From the NCBI GenBank assembly GCA_019057475.1, contig DXJO01000056.1:1-50902 (forward strand): 50,902 nt of DNA, given 5' to 3'. The translations under genes were made by a program, and so were the position numbers. Below are positions 1 through 8,013 of this stretch, piece by piece (position 1 is the stretch's first letter; each line of letters starts with the position of its first letter). The notes below the pieces were generated by a model. It ran no database searches, was not told the DNA's origin, and saw only the letters and a program-made list of their open reading frames with translations. The DNA is from Candidatus Thorarchaeota archaeon (GTDB taxonomy: Archaea > Asgardarchaeota > Thorarchaeia > Thorarchaeales > Thorarchaeaceae).

Positions 1-1
1 C

Positions 2-478
2 TCAGACGAGAGAGCCAAGATGCTTCTCACAACCTTCGAGATGCAGCATAGGATGAATCACAAGCCCCATCAAATGTCCGGTGGCGAGAATCAAAGAGTT
101 GCGATATGTGTGGCTCTGGCCAATAAGCCTGATCTTCTGCTAGCTGACGAGGTAACCGGCGAGCTTGACACCGAAACCACGGAAATGGTCATGAACGCAC
201 TACGGATGAGCAACCGTGAGTTCGATACGACCATCGTGAACGTGACACATAACCCAAGAGTGTCATCCTACGCCGACAGGATTCTTCACATCAGAGATGG
301 TCTTATCGAGGGGCAGCGTCATACCCTATACGGGGATATAACCGAGATTGATGCGAAAGGGCGCATGGTGATTCCGGAGACCGTTCGTAGATTGGCGAAC
401 ATAGGTCGGCGTGTGATCTTGAAAGTCACATCCGAAGGTCTCTTGGTAAGTCCGTTGAATACTGATGAATATGAATAG
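2..478 (+). CDS. ABC transporter ATP-binding protein (LolD/MJ0796-like) with C-terminal AbrB/SpoVT-like domain; 5' end lies outside the window
   Basis: The frame is open from position 2. It has the signature MSGGENQRVAI, Walker B LLLADEVTGELD and H-loop VTHN. The C-terminal EIDAKGRMVIPETVRR...RVILKV...GLLVSP resembles an AbrB/MraZ swapped hairpin. Confidence 0.9.
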   Translation, partial: SDERAKMLLTTFEMQHRMNHKPHQMSGGENQRVAICVALANKPDLLLADEVTGELDTETTEMVMNALRMSNREFDTTIVNVTHNPRVSSYADRILHIRDGLIEGQRHTLYGDITEIDAKGRMVIPETVRRLANIGRRVILKVTSEGLLVSPLNTDEYE

Positions 479-810
479 CTAATGCTTTTAGTGTTTTTTC
501 AGATCGTACCCCAAGGGGCGTGGTATTTAATTCGTTACTGAGTCCACCAGACCAGCCTTGCACCCTTCACCAGTCGGTACTCCCTGATGAAACCAGCTTG
601 CTCCATTATCGAAGAGGTCTTGACAGACTCGAACATCCTAATGGGAAACTGGTCGAACGGCATACGGTCTCTAGGGACCAATCAGGTAGCCGCTTAGGAT
701 GTGGCCCATTCTTACGATCGGTCTCGTTGTGGACCAGTTTTAAGCAGGGCCTTCCCCACCCATGAAACCCCCTACTTTTTAGCAAGTGACCTTTTTCCAT
801 ACCTTCTTAC

Positions 811-825
811 GAGAAAAAAGGGGGG
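811..825 (-). terminator. Oligo-T terminator-like tract downstream of the 860-1339 gene
   Basis: The minus strand reads CCCCCCTTTTTTCTC about 35 nt after the stop codon. Confidence 0.4.
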
Positions 826-859
826 AATTGGCATGTCAGATTCGGTTAAAGCCTGTTAA

Positions 860-1339
860 CTAGGATCGAAGTGTCCCCGATAAATCTAGTAAGAAGCTAC
901 CGGGCTCTGTTTCCACACCTCTTCCTGATCCACGGAGATTCGCCAGATCACCTGTGCCGCTTAGGATCACCCACTTACAATCCCACTTGCCCAGTGCCCT
1001 TGTGTTACCAGTCCACTGGATAACCAAGGTGCCCGACTTTTCGCCCACAGAACCTGAAAAAGTGGTTCGACCGATACCAGTTATATAGCCCGCGGGATGT
1101 ATCGTCATTGTGAATGGTCCCTCACCGGCTCCACTAAAGGTTCCACTAAACGTATCATATTCAGTTGCTGAGACGAACATATTGCCGTCGGCAAACCTAA
1201 CCGAAAAACCATCTGCCCACCAGGACCAAGTTCCAGTCACGGGTGTAGGCTTTTCTGCGAGCACTGTCGGTATCAATAGTGCGGACAGAAATACTGCGCT
1301 AGTCATAAGCATAAAGAGTGTCGATATCTTCCTATTCAT
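860..1339 (-). CDS. Secreted beta-barrel protein, DUF3224/allene-oxide-cyclase-like
   Basis: N-terminal signal peptide, Gly/Thr-rich beta strands, the motif WVILSGTGDLANLRGSG, and a GGAG RBS upstream. Confidence 0.65.
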   Translation of the reverse strand: MNRKISTLFMLMTSAVFLSALLIPTVLAEKPTPVTGTWSWWADGFSVRFADGNMFVSATEYDTFSGTFSGAGEGPFTMTIHPAGYITGIGRTTFSGSVGEKSGTLVIQWTGNTRALGKWDCKWVILSGTGDLANLRGSGRGVETEPGSFLLDLSGTLRS

Positions 1340-1575
1340 TCTTTCCTTCTCCTTTCATTCTTGGTACTTGTATAGCTCCCCACGAGAAGCTACACCATTG
1401 AGGGGCTCATAACCGCTTAAATGTTGTCATTACCATTTGATTCAATATAAGGCAAGTAATGTCTTGAATATTTCAACGTTTAGAAAAGGCTCCCGAGTGG
1501 TTTCTTTCATCATTTCGAATCTTTGAAATACAGTTCTATGGATATGATGTATTCGTTAGATTGGAGTGAATTCCA

Positions 1576-1824
1576 GTGGTGAACAAAGGACTTGAAGAAA
1601 TCATTAAGATGCTGGAGATAGCACATACTGACGCCGCAGTATTTCCATCTACGGACCTTTACAATGAGGGTTGGATGCTAAGGATCTTGCTTTCAATCCA
1701 ATCAGAAGGGGTAGAATGCTTCCCTTTCACCTTTCAGCCTGGAGCAAGATGGTTTTCAGAAGCACGAATCGATTCTCCGTTTCTCCCTCGTTCCCCCAGA
1801 GATCCACTAGCTGAGACTCATACA
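1576..1824 (+). pseudogene. N-terminal fragment of a conserved hypothetical protein (YNEGWMLR motif); the ORF runs on to 1944 in apparently unrelated sequence
   Basis: The sequence FPSTDLYNEGWMLR...WFSEARIDSPFLPRSPRDPLAETHT looks globular and conserved, then turns abruptly into low-information sequence. GGAG RBS upstream. Confidence 0.5.
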
Positions 1825-1949
1825 CAAATACTGATGAATTTCCTAATGATAACTCTGAGACCCAGTAGACCTATGTCTTCAGACCTCATTCTAGGCAGCC
1901 TTGGACAAGGTCTTTATTGCGCTCTTCAGGAGAATGTGCTGTGAGCCTC

Positions 1950-2192
1950 ATGAGTCAAGCAAAGATGCCATGGTCGTTCTCAGCTCTTCTAGTCACGTTT
2001 GCCATCTTCTTCTTCTCGTTGAATGTATACATAGGTACGAAGCTCATCTCACATCCATGGGCAAGTGATCTCTGGCTCATCGGTATTGTAGTAGGTGGTG
2101 CGGGACTTCTGTACTCAATTCGAATGATTCGTATGCACCAGCGGCAGATGATAGCTGACAAAGAAGAAAGCGAACAGCAAGAAAATGAGTAA
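1950..2192 (+). CDS. Small two-TM membrane protein
   Basis: ATG at 1950, two hydrophobic helices and an acidic tail. Confidence 0.7.
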   Translation: MSQAKMPWSFSALLVTFAIFFFSLNVYIGTKLISHPWASDLWLIGIVVGGAGLLYSIRMIRMHQRQMIADKEESEQQENE

Positions 2193-2230
2193 CCACACAG
2201 GAACCGGCGCTCCGCGGGATTGTCAGAACA

Positions 2231-3526
2231 TTATGGATAAACACGGCTCACTGTCCTTGGAAAGGGCACACAATCCCTGATATGCTCCAAGTCCAACATC
2301 CACGTAATCAGCCTGTCCATGCCAACTCCAAATCCAGAGTGTTCTACACTACCATATCTGCGAATGTCAATGTACCATTTGTACTTAGCAGGATCATCAC
2401 CAATTCGCTCAAGGTTCTGAAGCAATATGTTGCCATCATCCTCGCGTTGAGAACCACCTATCACTTCTCCAAAGCCTTGAGGCATGAGCAAATCATTGTT
2501 CTTGTAGGTCCGCGGGTCTGCCTCATTGTTCTTCATGTAGAAGCTCTTGATTTCCTTCGGATAACACTCGACAAAGAGGAACTTGTCTCTTTCGTCAGTA
2601 AGGATATTCTCAGCCTCTGTTCTGATGTCTTCCCCCCATTTTATCTTCAGTCCTGCACTCTGGCAAATTTCGATTGCCTCGGTGTAAGTCATCCTATCGA
2701 AAGGCGGCTTAACTCCGTAGAGACGCTCAGGGTCGACACCCAATTCATCGAGGTCCTCTCTCCTGTTGTCTGCAACAGCGTGACACATGTAGGAAATGAG
2801 CTCCTCTTGCCGCTTCAAGTTGCACTCGTGGTCGCACCATGCCTCTTCAGCCTCAAGATGCCAGTACTCGGTCAGGTGTTTCCGCGTCCGAGATTTTTCA
2901 GCCCTGAAGGAGGGAGCAAGAGTGAACACACGCTCCATCGCGAAAAGCTGCGGCTCAAGATGCATCTGTGATGTCTGTGTGAGGAAAATCTTGCGTCCGA
3001 AGTAGCCTACTTCAAAAAGATCTGCACCTTCCTCACCAAGGGTGGACACGAACATCGGCGAGGTGGTTTCATAGAATTCTTTCTTTCTGAGATACTCTCT
3101 AGCTGAGTGGAAGACCTCATCCCTGACCTTAAGCACGTTGGTCATCCTTCGAGACCTCATCCAAAGATGTCGATTGTCATTCAGAAATTCGGTGCTCTGG
3201 TGTTCGGTGATTGGGAACTCCTCTGCAAAATGGAGCACCTTGATCTCATCCACCTGTACCTCATATCCACCTTCAGCTCTGGAGTCGGCATTGACTGTAC
3301 CACTGAGAGTTACTAAGGACTCGATAAGCATCTTCTCTGCGTCAGCATACTCCTCTTCACTGACAACGCTTTTCTTGACAACTGTCTGAACGACACCGGA
3401 AGGGTCGCGCAGGAGCACAAAGACCATCTTCTTCTGCTTACGGATTCTGTGAACCCAGCCTCGAAGCATGACCTTCTCGCCCTCGGTCTTACCTTCAAGC
3501 ACATTTCGTATGTGGATGAATCCCAT
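2231..3526 (-). CDS. asnS: Asparagine--tRNA ligase
   Basis: OB-fold start RGWVHRIR; class IIb motifs FRAEKSRTRKHLTEYW, EVIGGSQRE and GFGVGMDRL...PFPR. Start placed at MGFIH. Confidence 0.93.
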   Translation of the reverse strand: MGFIHIRNVLEGKTEGEKVMLRGWVHRIRKQKKMVFVLLRDPSGVVQTVVKKSVVSEEEYADAEKMLIESLVTLSGTVNADSRAEGGYEVQVDEIKVLHFAEEFPITEHQSTEFLNDNRHLWMRSRRMTNVLKVRDEVFHSAREYLRKKEFYETTSPMFVSTLGEEGADLFEVGYFGRKIFLTQTSQMHLEPQLFAMERVFTLAPSFRAEKSRTRKHLTEYWHLEAEEAWCDHECNLKRQEELISYMCHAVADNRREDLDELGVDPERLYGVKPPFDRMTYTEAIEICQSAGLKIKWGEDIRTEAENILTDERDKFLFVECYPKEIKSFYMKNNEADPRTYKNNDLLMPQGFGEVIGGSQREDDGNILLQNLERIGDDPAKYKWYIDIRRYGSVEHSGFGVGMDRLITWMLDLEHIRDCVPFPRTVSRVYP

Positions 3527-3628
3527 TTTATCACCACAAAGGAAGCGACTGCCCGCCACGGGTTAGTCTGCTGGGAAATCCCGAACACGGATAAAAGGCT
3601 GACGGCCACTACGAACCGTCAACGCACA

Positions 3629-5533
3629 CTACCGGTACCGGAGATACCAGATGACGAATACGAATACTATGATAGCTCCGACTGCTAGTCCAGCCATAGC
3701 TAAATACACGACCGTGGTTGCGGGCGTAACAGTTACCATGACTGCAGAACTCGCTGAGTTCCCTCCAATATCATAAACAGTCAACTCGACCCAGTGGATT
3801 CCTTCATCGAGCCCGGCGAAATCGAAGTCGATTGTTTCGCTGGTCCAATCCTTGTCGATTTTTACGAAGCCATCAACGACAATTGTGTACCGACTCTTGA
3901 AGTCATCAGTGACAGTCCAGGTACGAACGAGCCCGCCATCACCCCTTGCGTAGACCACATCATCAGGGGCATAGACAATCACTGGTACAATGTCATCACC
4001 GTTGACATGAACGGTTACGTTGTGAGTGGCGGTGTTACCACTAGTATCATTTGCAGACAGCATGTACTCGTATATACCTACGGGCAGTCCATCGACATTG
4101 ATAACTACAAATGGCTCGTCGGGGTTAATGTCGCCACTTTCGATTTCCTCAATGCCACTATGCACGGTGTACATATTCAGGTATTCGTCAGTGATGTTCC
4201 ACTGTATTGTATTGCCGGTTTCTGTGAAGTAGTACTCAACTGACTCAGGACCCACTACTACCGGCACATCTACTTCATGAATTGTTAGAGTGATTTCGTC
4301 TTCCTCGATATTGTCATTCTGGTCCATCACAATAAGTACGAGGTCATAGACGCCAATATCATAGCCAGTGAAGTTGTATGTGTATTCAGTAGTGTTGATC
4401 CAATCAAAGTACTCCACAACAACACCATCAACTTTCATCTGTATGTCATCAGGATATTCATCTTCTACGATCCAGGTGATAGTGATGTTCTCTGCTTCGA
4501 ATAAGAATGTCTGATTACCGGGAGATGTAATCACAGGAACGCGAATATCTGTGCTAGCGGTCGTGAGATTCTCATGGTATCCGCCAGGTCCTATCGTCTC
4601 GCCGTTTTGAGTTACCGTCCAGTTGATGAAGGCAATAGGCAGGTCGAGGAATCGTACTGTCCCATTGGCTGGAGTAGTCTGGGTGGCAATCACGGTACCG
4701 TTTTTGTACGTGATATTCACCAGTGCCCCCTGGAACGCAGCCACACTGGTTTCGAAGTAAGTAAACACCTCTAGGTCATAGAAGCCAGGATCGCCTGCAA
4801 AAGGTCCAATTGTTTGATGAACTTCGATTGTCGTGCCATCGGTTGTGAAGTTCTCTGCATCAATCACATAATTGGCATAATCTCCGGAAACCACGGTGAT
4901 TTTCCACGTGAAGTTGCCGGCGGGGATGTCGAGAAACTCTGCCAGACCGTCGGAACCCAGCACTATCTGGCTCCAGATGGAGTTGTTGTCCTGATGATGT
5001 ATGGAGACATTGAGTCCTTCTCCAGGGTTGCGGTCGATATCTATGACGGTGGCGTTGAAGTCGTCATCGTCATTGTCCCAGTCCAAGTTCCCAATCTCAA
5101 TAGTCGGATATGCATCAGGGCCATCAGACACCATCGTGCCATTCTTGAACAGATTTACATCAAAGTCGCCAATCGCATACTCCAAGGTCACATTCCAGAT
5201 GTAAGTATCTTGGGGGAGATTGTAGAAGATAGCGGAGCCAGAGCCACCCTCAGTGGCTATCGAATCGTAGTATGCATGACTGGAGTTATAGAGGGTAACA
5301 GTAGCGTTTGCAATCTCGTAAGTGTCATTTTTAACACTAAACCGGAAATCATCGTCGTTGAACAACTGTCCGTAATTGAATATCTCAGTGTCGACAACCA
5401 GATTCGTGGCAGCAATGAGGTGCGGGGTCTCTATTGAACCGGTTTCGATTATCGCTGTGCCTTTGTGAAGCATTGTAGTTCCCGTACTGACAAAAATCAG
5501 TAGCACAAAGAGGAGGGCAAATACTCTTTTCAT
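3629..5533 (-). CDS. Cell-surface glycoprotein with Ig-like/beta-sandwich repeats and C-terminal membrane anchor
   Basis: Signal peptide, acidic composition, many N-x-S/T sequons, three P-V-(I/V)-x-x-P...W-x-x-x-D repeats, and a C-terminal TM followed by RYR. Confidence 0.85.
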   Translation of the reverse strand: MKRVFALLFVLLIFVSTGTTMLHKGTAIIETGSIETPHLIAATNLVVDTEIFNYGQLFNDDDFRFSVKNDTYEIANATVTLYNSSHAYYDSIATEGGSGSAIFYNLPQDTYIWNVTLEYAIGDFDVNLFKNGTMVSDGPDAYPTIEIGNLDWDNDDDDFNATVIDIDRNPGEGLNVSIHHQDNNSIWSQIVLGSDGLAEFLDIPAGNFTWKITVVSGDYANYVIDAENFTTDGTTIEVHQTIGPFAGDPGFYDLEVFTYFETSVAAFQGALVNITYKNGTVIATQTTPANGTVRFLDLPIAFINWTVTQNGETIGPGGYHENLTTASTDIRVPVITSPGNQTFLFEAENITITWIVEDEYPDDIQMKVDGVVVEYFDWINTTEYTYNFTGYDIGVYDLVLIVMDQNDNIEEDEITLTIHEVDVPVVVGPESVEYYFTETGNTIQWNITDEYLNMYTVHSGIEEIESGDINPDEPFVVINVDGLPVGIYEYMLSANDTSGNTATHNVTVHVNGDDIVPVIVYAPDDVVYARGDGGLVRTWTVTDDFKSRYTIVVDGFVKIDKDWTSETIDFDFAGLDEGIHWVELTVYDIGGNSASSAVMVTVTPATTVVYLAMAGLAVGAIIVFVFVIWYLRYR

Positions 5534-5812
5534 GGTGTCACTCTCGCAAACTAACGATAGTCTTCTCTAAGGCCGTCGCGTGTCTTGGCGCGGTCGAAAC
5601 TGCGCTGCGCATAAAAGCATTGTCATGGTTCCACCTGTGAACCACTACAGCGCCTCAGAGCTGTATCTAGCCAAGAAGCCTCGAATGCGGATGATACCTC
5701 CTTCATGAACCGAATCCTAGCGACCATCCCAAAAGGCGAAAACGGTAACGAGAAAAGAGTTGAATACGAACTGACAGTACACAATTCCAAGACGTCAATC
5801 TGAGCCACGACA

Positions 5813-6994
5813 TCAAAACATGGCGTACAAGGGTGGAATACAAATTACCAGAATCACCATTGCCAGCAGAAAGATAGCAATTCTTGTTTTTGAAACCGGT
5901 ACTGTATCATTGAGAGGGCCTGGATGAGAGCCACCCCTCGACATGAGAAGGATGAGAATCGCCATCATGTAGTATCCCATCAGGAACATCACAGCCATTG
6001 CTCCCCAGCCAATGTACTTGTGATACTTCTCGCCGACAATTGACCGCAATGCATGACCGCCATCAAGCTGACTAACAGGGAAGAGATTGAGAGAGGTGAT
6101 CAGCATTCCAACCCACGCGACAAATGCAAGAGGATGCATGTATATAGTTCCGCCAGTGGGTATGAAATCAGAGTACAACATTTCAAAGAACGTGAATAGA
6201 AGAGGAACTGCAAGCTCACCTGACATTCCTGGGAATGCCTTATCAAGAGCATCCACTTGTTCAGCCGTCACGGGGACGGACAGGAAAAAGCCAATGGCGA
6301 GCACAACTAGTGTAACCGCGAAGCCGGCAAAAGGTCCTGCAAGCCCTAGGTCAAACAGGTCTTTACGATTCATTGGAGGGCTCTTCTGCTGGATGAATGC
6401 GCCAAAAGTACCACCCAGTTGGGGAAGGCCCGGAATAAAGTAGGGAAGTGTCGCCTCGATGCCCCTGCTCTTAGCGGTCAGAAAATGCCCCATCTCATGA
6501 GTGAAGATAATCCCCATCAAGGCCGCCATGAACCCAATAGTTACAAGCGCTATGTCGAGAAACGTCCAGCCATTAGGATAGAAGAGGGTAAGGAATACCG
6601 GAGATGTTGCCTGCATGAATCCTGCAATGGCAATAGTCGCAAGGGTAGCTATGAATAGAACGTAGTTGATCTTTACATCGGACTTCTTTGCCTTCTGGGC
6701 CGGTACGAAGCGGATGTAGTATTCTCCAGCCGAGTAATTCCTCCAGCGTACAAGGGGCCAGACTCGGAGCTTCTTTGTCTGCTCGCTAATTTCTTGAAAG
6801 ACGCGATCCTGTTCTTCAGGTTCTGGCACGACTCCATTTGGCCATCTGACTGCGAACGTTGGTGCACCATACTCCATCGCGCTCATTAAGACCTCGAATC
6901 TGATTGAGAGTATGTCGCTAAGTTCACTAAATGTGGGATAGCTAATAACGCTAGGATAATCGTCAGATATTGACACAGTACAAGTGTCCTCCAA
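5813..6994 (-). CDS. Site-2 protease family (M50) intramembrane metalloprotease
   Basis: HEMGH zinc motif, LAGP motif, NLFPVSQLDGGH and multiple TMs. The TTG start is uncertain. Confidence 0.92.
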   Translation of the reverse strand: MEDTCTVSISDDYPSVISYPTFSELSDILSIRFEVLMSAMEYGAPTFAVRWPNGVVPEPEEQDRVFQEISEQTKKLRVWPLVRWRNYSAGEYYIRFVPAQKAKKSDVKINYVLFIATLATIAIAGFMQATSPVFLTLFYPNGWTFLDIALVTIGFMAALMGIIFTHEMGHFLTAKSRGIEATLPYFIPGLPQLGGTFGAFIQQKSPPMNRKDLFDLGLAGPFAGFAVTLVVLAIGFFLSVPVTAEQVDALDKAFPGMSGELAVPLLFTFFEMLYSDFIPTGGTIYMHPLAFVAWVGMLITSLNLFPVSQLDGGHALRSIVGEKYHKYIGWGAMAVMFLMGYYMMAILILLMSRGGSHPGPLNDTVPVSKTRIAIFLLAMVILVICIPPLYAMF

Positions 6995-7031
6995 GGGATG
7001 GCGGGATGACTTCTCTCCGAGTGAACCACCT

Positions 7032-7057
7032 ATAAGATTGGTGTCTCAGGCACCGAG
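7032..7057. repeat. Left copy of a 26-bp direct repeat
   Basis: ATAAGATTGGTGTCTCAGGCACCGAG, 24/26 identical to 7987-8012. Confidence 0.85.
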
Positions 7058-7180
7058 AACCCTAGGTCATTGTATTAATAGACTGTAAGTATATTGGAAA
7101 TAAAATATGGAATCCCTATCCCTCAGCACTTCAAAGAGTGCCATTTTAATATCTACAGAAACAGTTCCATGTGATATACT

Positions 7181-7321
7181 ATGAAAGTCAAATGCCTAGA
7201 CTGTGGATATGTTGGAGAAGCTGCGTTTCCTCCACCAAAAGTAAGCAAACATGGCGAAAAATACCAACAGATTCCAGCATGTGTCAAATGCAAAAGTGGA
7301 CACATAGCTAGATTGGATTAG
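7181..7321 (+). CDS. 46-aa zinc-ribbon microprotein (below the ORF-track cutoff)
   Basis: Manual translation MKVKCLDCGYVGEAAFPPPKVSKHGEKYQQIPACVKCKSGHIARLD has two CxxC motifs. A T-rich tract follows the stop. Confidence 0.7.
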   Translation: MKVKCLDCGYVGEAAFPPPKVSKHGEKYQQIPACVKCKSGHIARLD

Positions 7322-7518
7322 ATTGTTCTCTATCCTTTTTCTTTTTATCTAACATAAATGTAACAGCCTCTATCCGTTTCAACAATTCTTACAAGAAGCC
7401 CAGGGCTAGGATCAAAACCACTGCTGGTAATCACTGCAATACCATAAACCTTTTCATCCCGTTCCGAAATAATCTAACCGACTACATAACCGCGATATTT
7501 TAGCGGAGGAAGTTATGG

Positions 7519-7794
7519 ATGTCAAATGAAGTAATCACTAATGCGATTCACGAAAGGGACTTGGAGGAACTTCTAGAATCCCGTGGGTTGAAGAATCAAA
7601 TCAAGAAGAACAAGTTCGTCTGTGCTGGTTGCGGCAGGACTATGACAATGGATGAGATAGTCTACATCAAGTCAGTCAAGCCGTGGCCAACAGTGGAACT
7701 CTATGGTAATGAATGTTGGATGAAGGCTCGTCGGCGTCCGTTAGATACTGCATGGAAGATACTCAGACATCTATGGACAGGTGTAAGACAATGA
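7519..7794 (+). CDS. Small hypothetical protein, possibly Zn-binding
   Basis: GGAGG RBS upstream; HERDLEELLESRGL helix followed by CAGCG and a later Cys. Confidence 0.65.
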   Translation: MSNEVITNAIHERDLEELLESRGLKNQIKKNKFVCAGCGRTMTMDEIVYIKSVKPWPTVELYGNECWMKARRRPLDTAWKILRHLWTGVRQ

Positions 7795-7877
7795 GTGAAG
7801 AAGAGTTTGAAAGAAGTAATCCACTTGAGCGGTTCAATCCTTATTCAAAAGATGAGGACATATTCGTGAACTATTAA
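7791..7877 (+). CDS. 28-aa ORF translationally coupled to the upstream gene, possibly a truncated gene
   Basis: ATGA start/stop overlap at 7791-7794; translates to MSEEEFERSNPLERFNPYSKDEDIFVNY. Confidence 0.35.
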   Translation: MSEEEFERSNPLERFNPYSKDEDIFVNY

Positions 7878-7986
7878 ACGCCATTTTTGAACGTCAGTCC
7901 ACAGTTTCAATCCTTAAATGCCGAAGTGTCCTGTGCATAGGTGCAATAGAACCCTATATGCTTGTGACTTGGGAAGTCGGCATCCC

Positions 7987-8012
7987 ATAAGATTGGTGTT
8001 TCAGGCACGGAG
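7987..8012. repeat. Right copy of the 26-bp direct repeat
   Basis: ATAAGATTGGTGTTTCAGGCACGGAG, ending 1 nt from the stop codon of the oxidoreductase. Confidence 0.85.
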
Positions 8013-8013
8013 C

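Larger units (their letters stand above)
7032..8012. mobile_element. Small AT-rich inserted element or remnant flanked by direct repeats
   Basis: 26-bp direct repeats at both ends, visibly AT-richer than the flanks, and short + strand ORFs between two - strand host genes. No integrase or transposase. Confidence 0.6.

Noticed and set aside
520-800. ORFs 520-765 (+) and 606-800 (-)
   Set aside because: They overlap each other, have atypical composition and show no recognisable motif.
2282-5437. Long antisense ORFs such as 2282-2971, 3794-4243 and 4814-5437, and similar ones across the window
   Set aside because: They are shadows of well-supported genes on the opposite strand.
5590-5808. GC hairpin near 5590-5607 and the 61-aa ORF 5623-5808
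   Set aside because: The stem is short and lies in the promoter spacer, and the ORF has no motif or clear RBS.
7032-8012. CRISPR or tRNA-integration origin of the direct repeats
   Set aside because: There are only two copies 955 bp apart, no cas genes and no tRNA 3' end.
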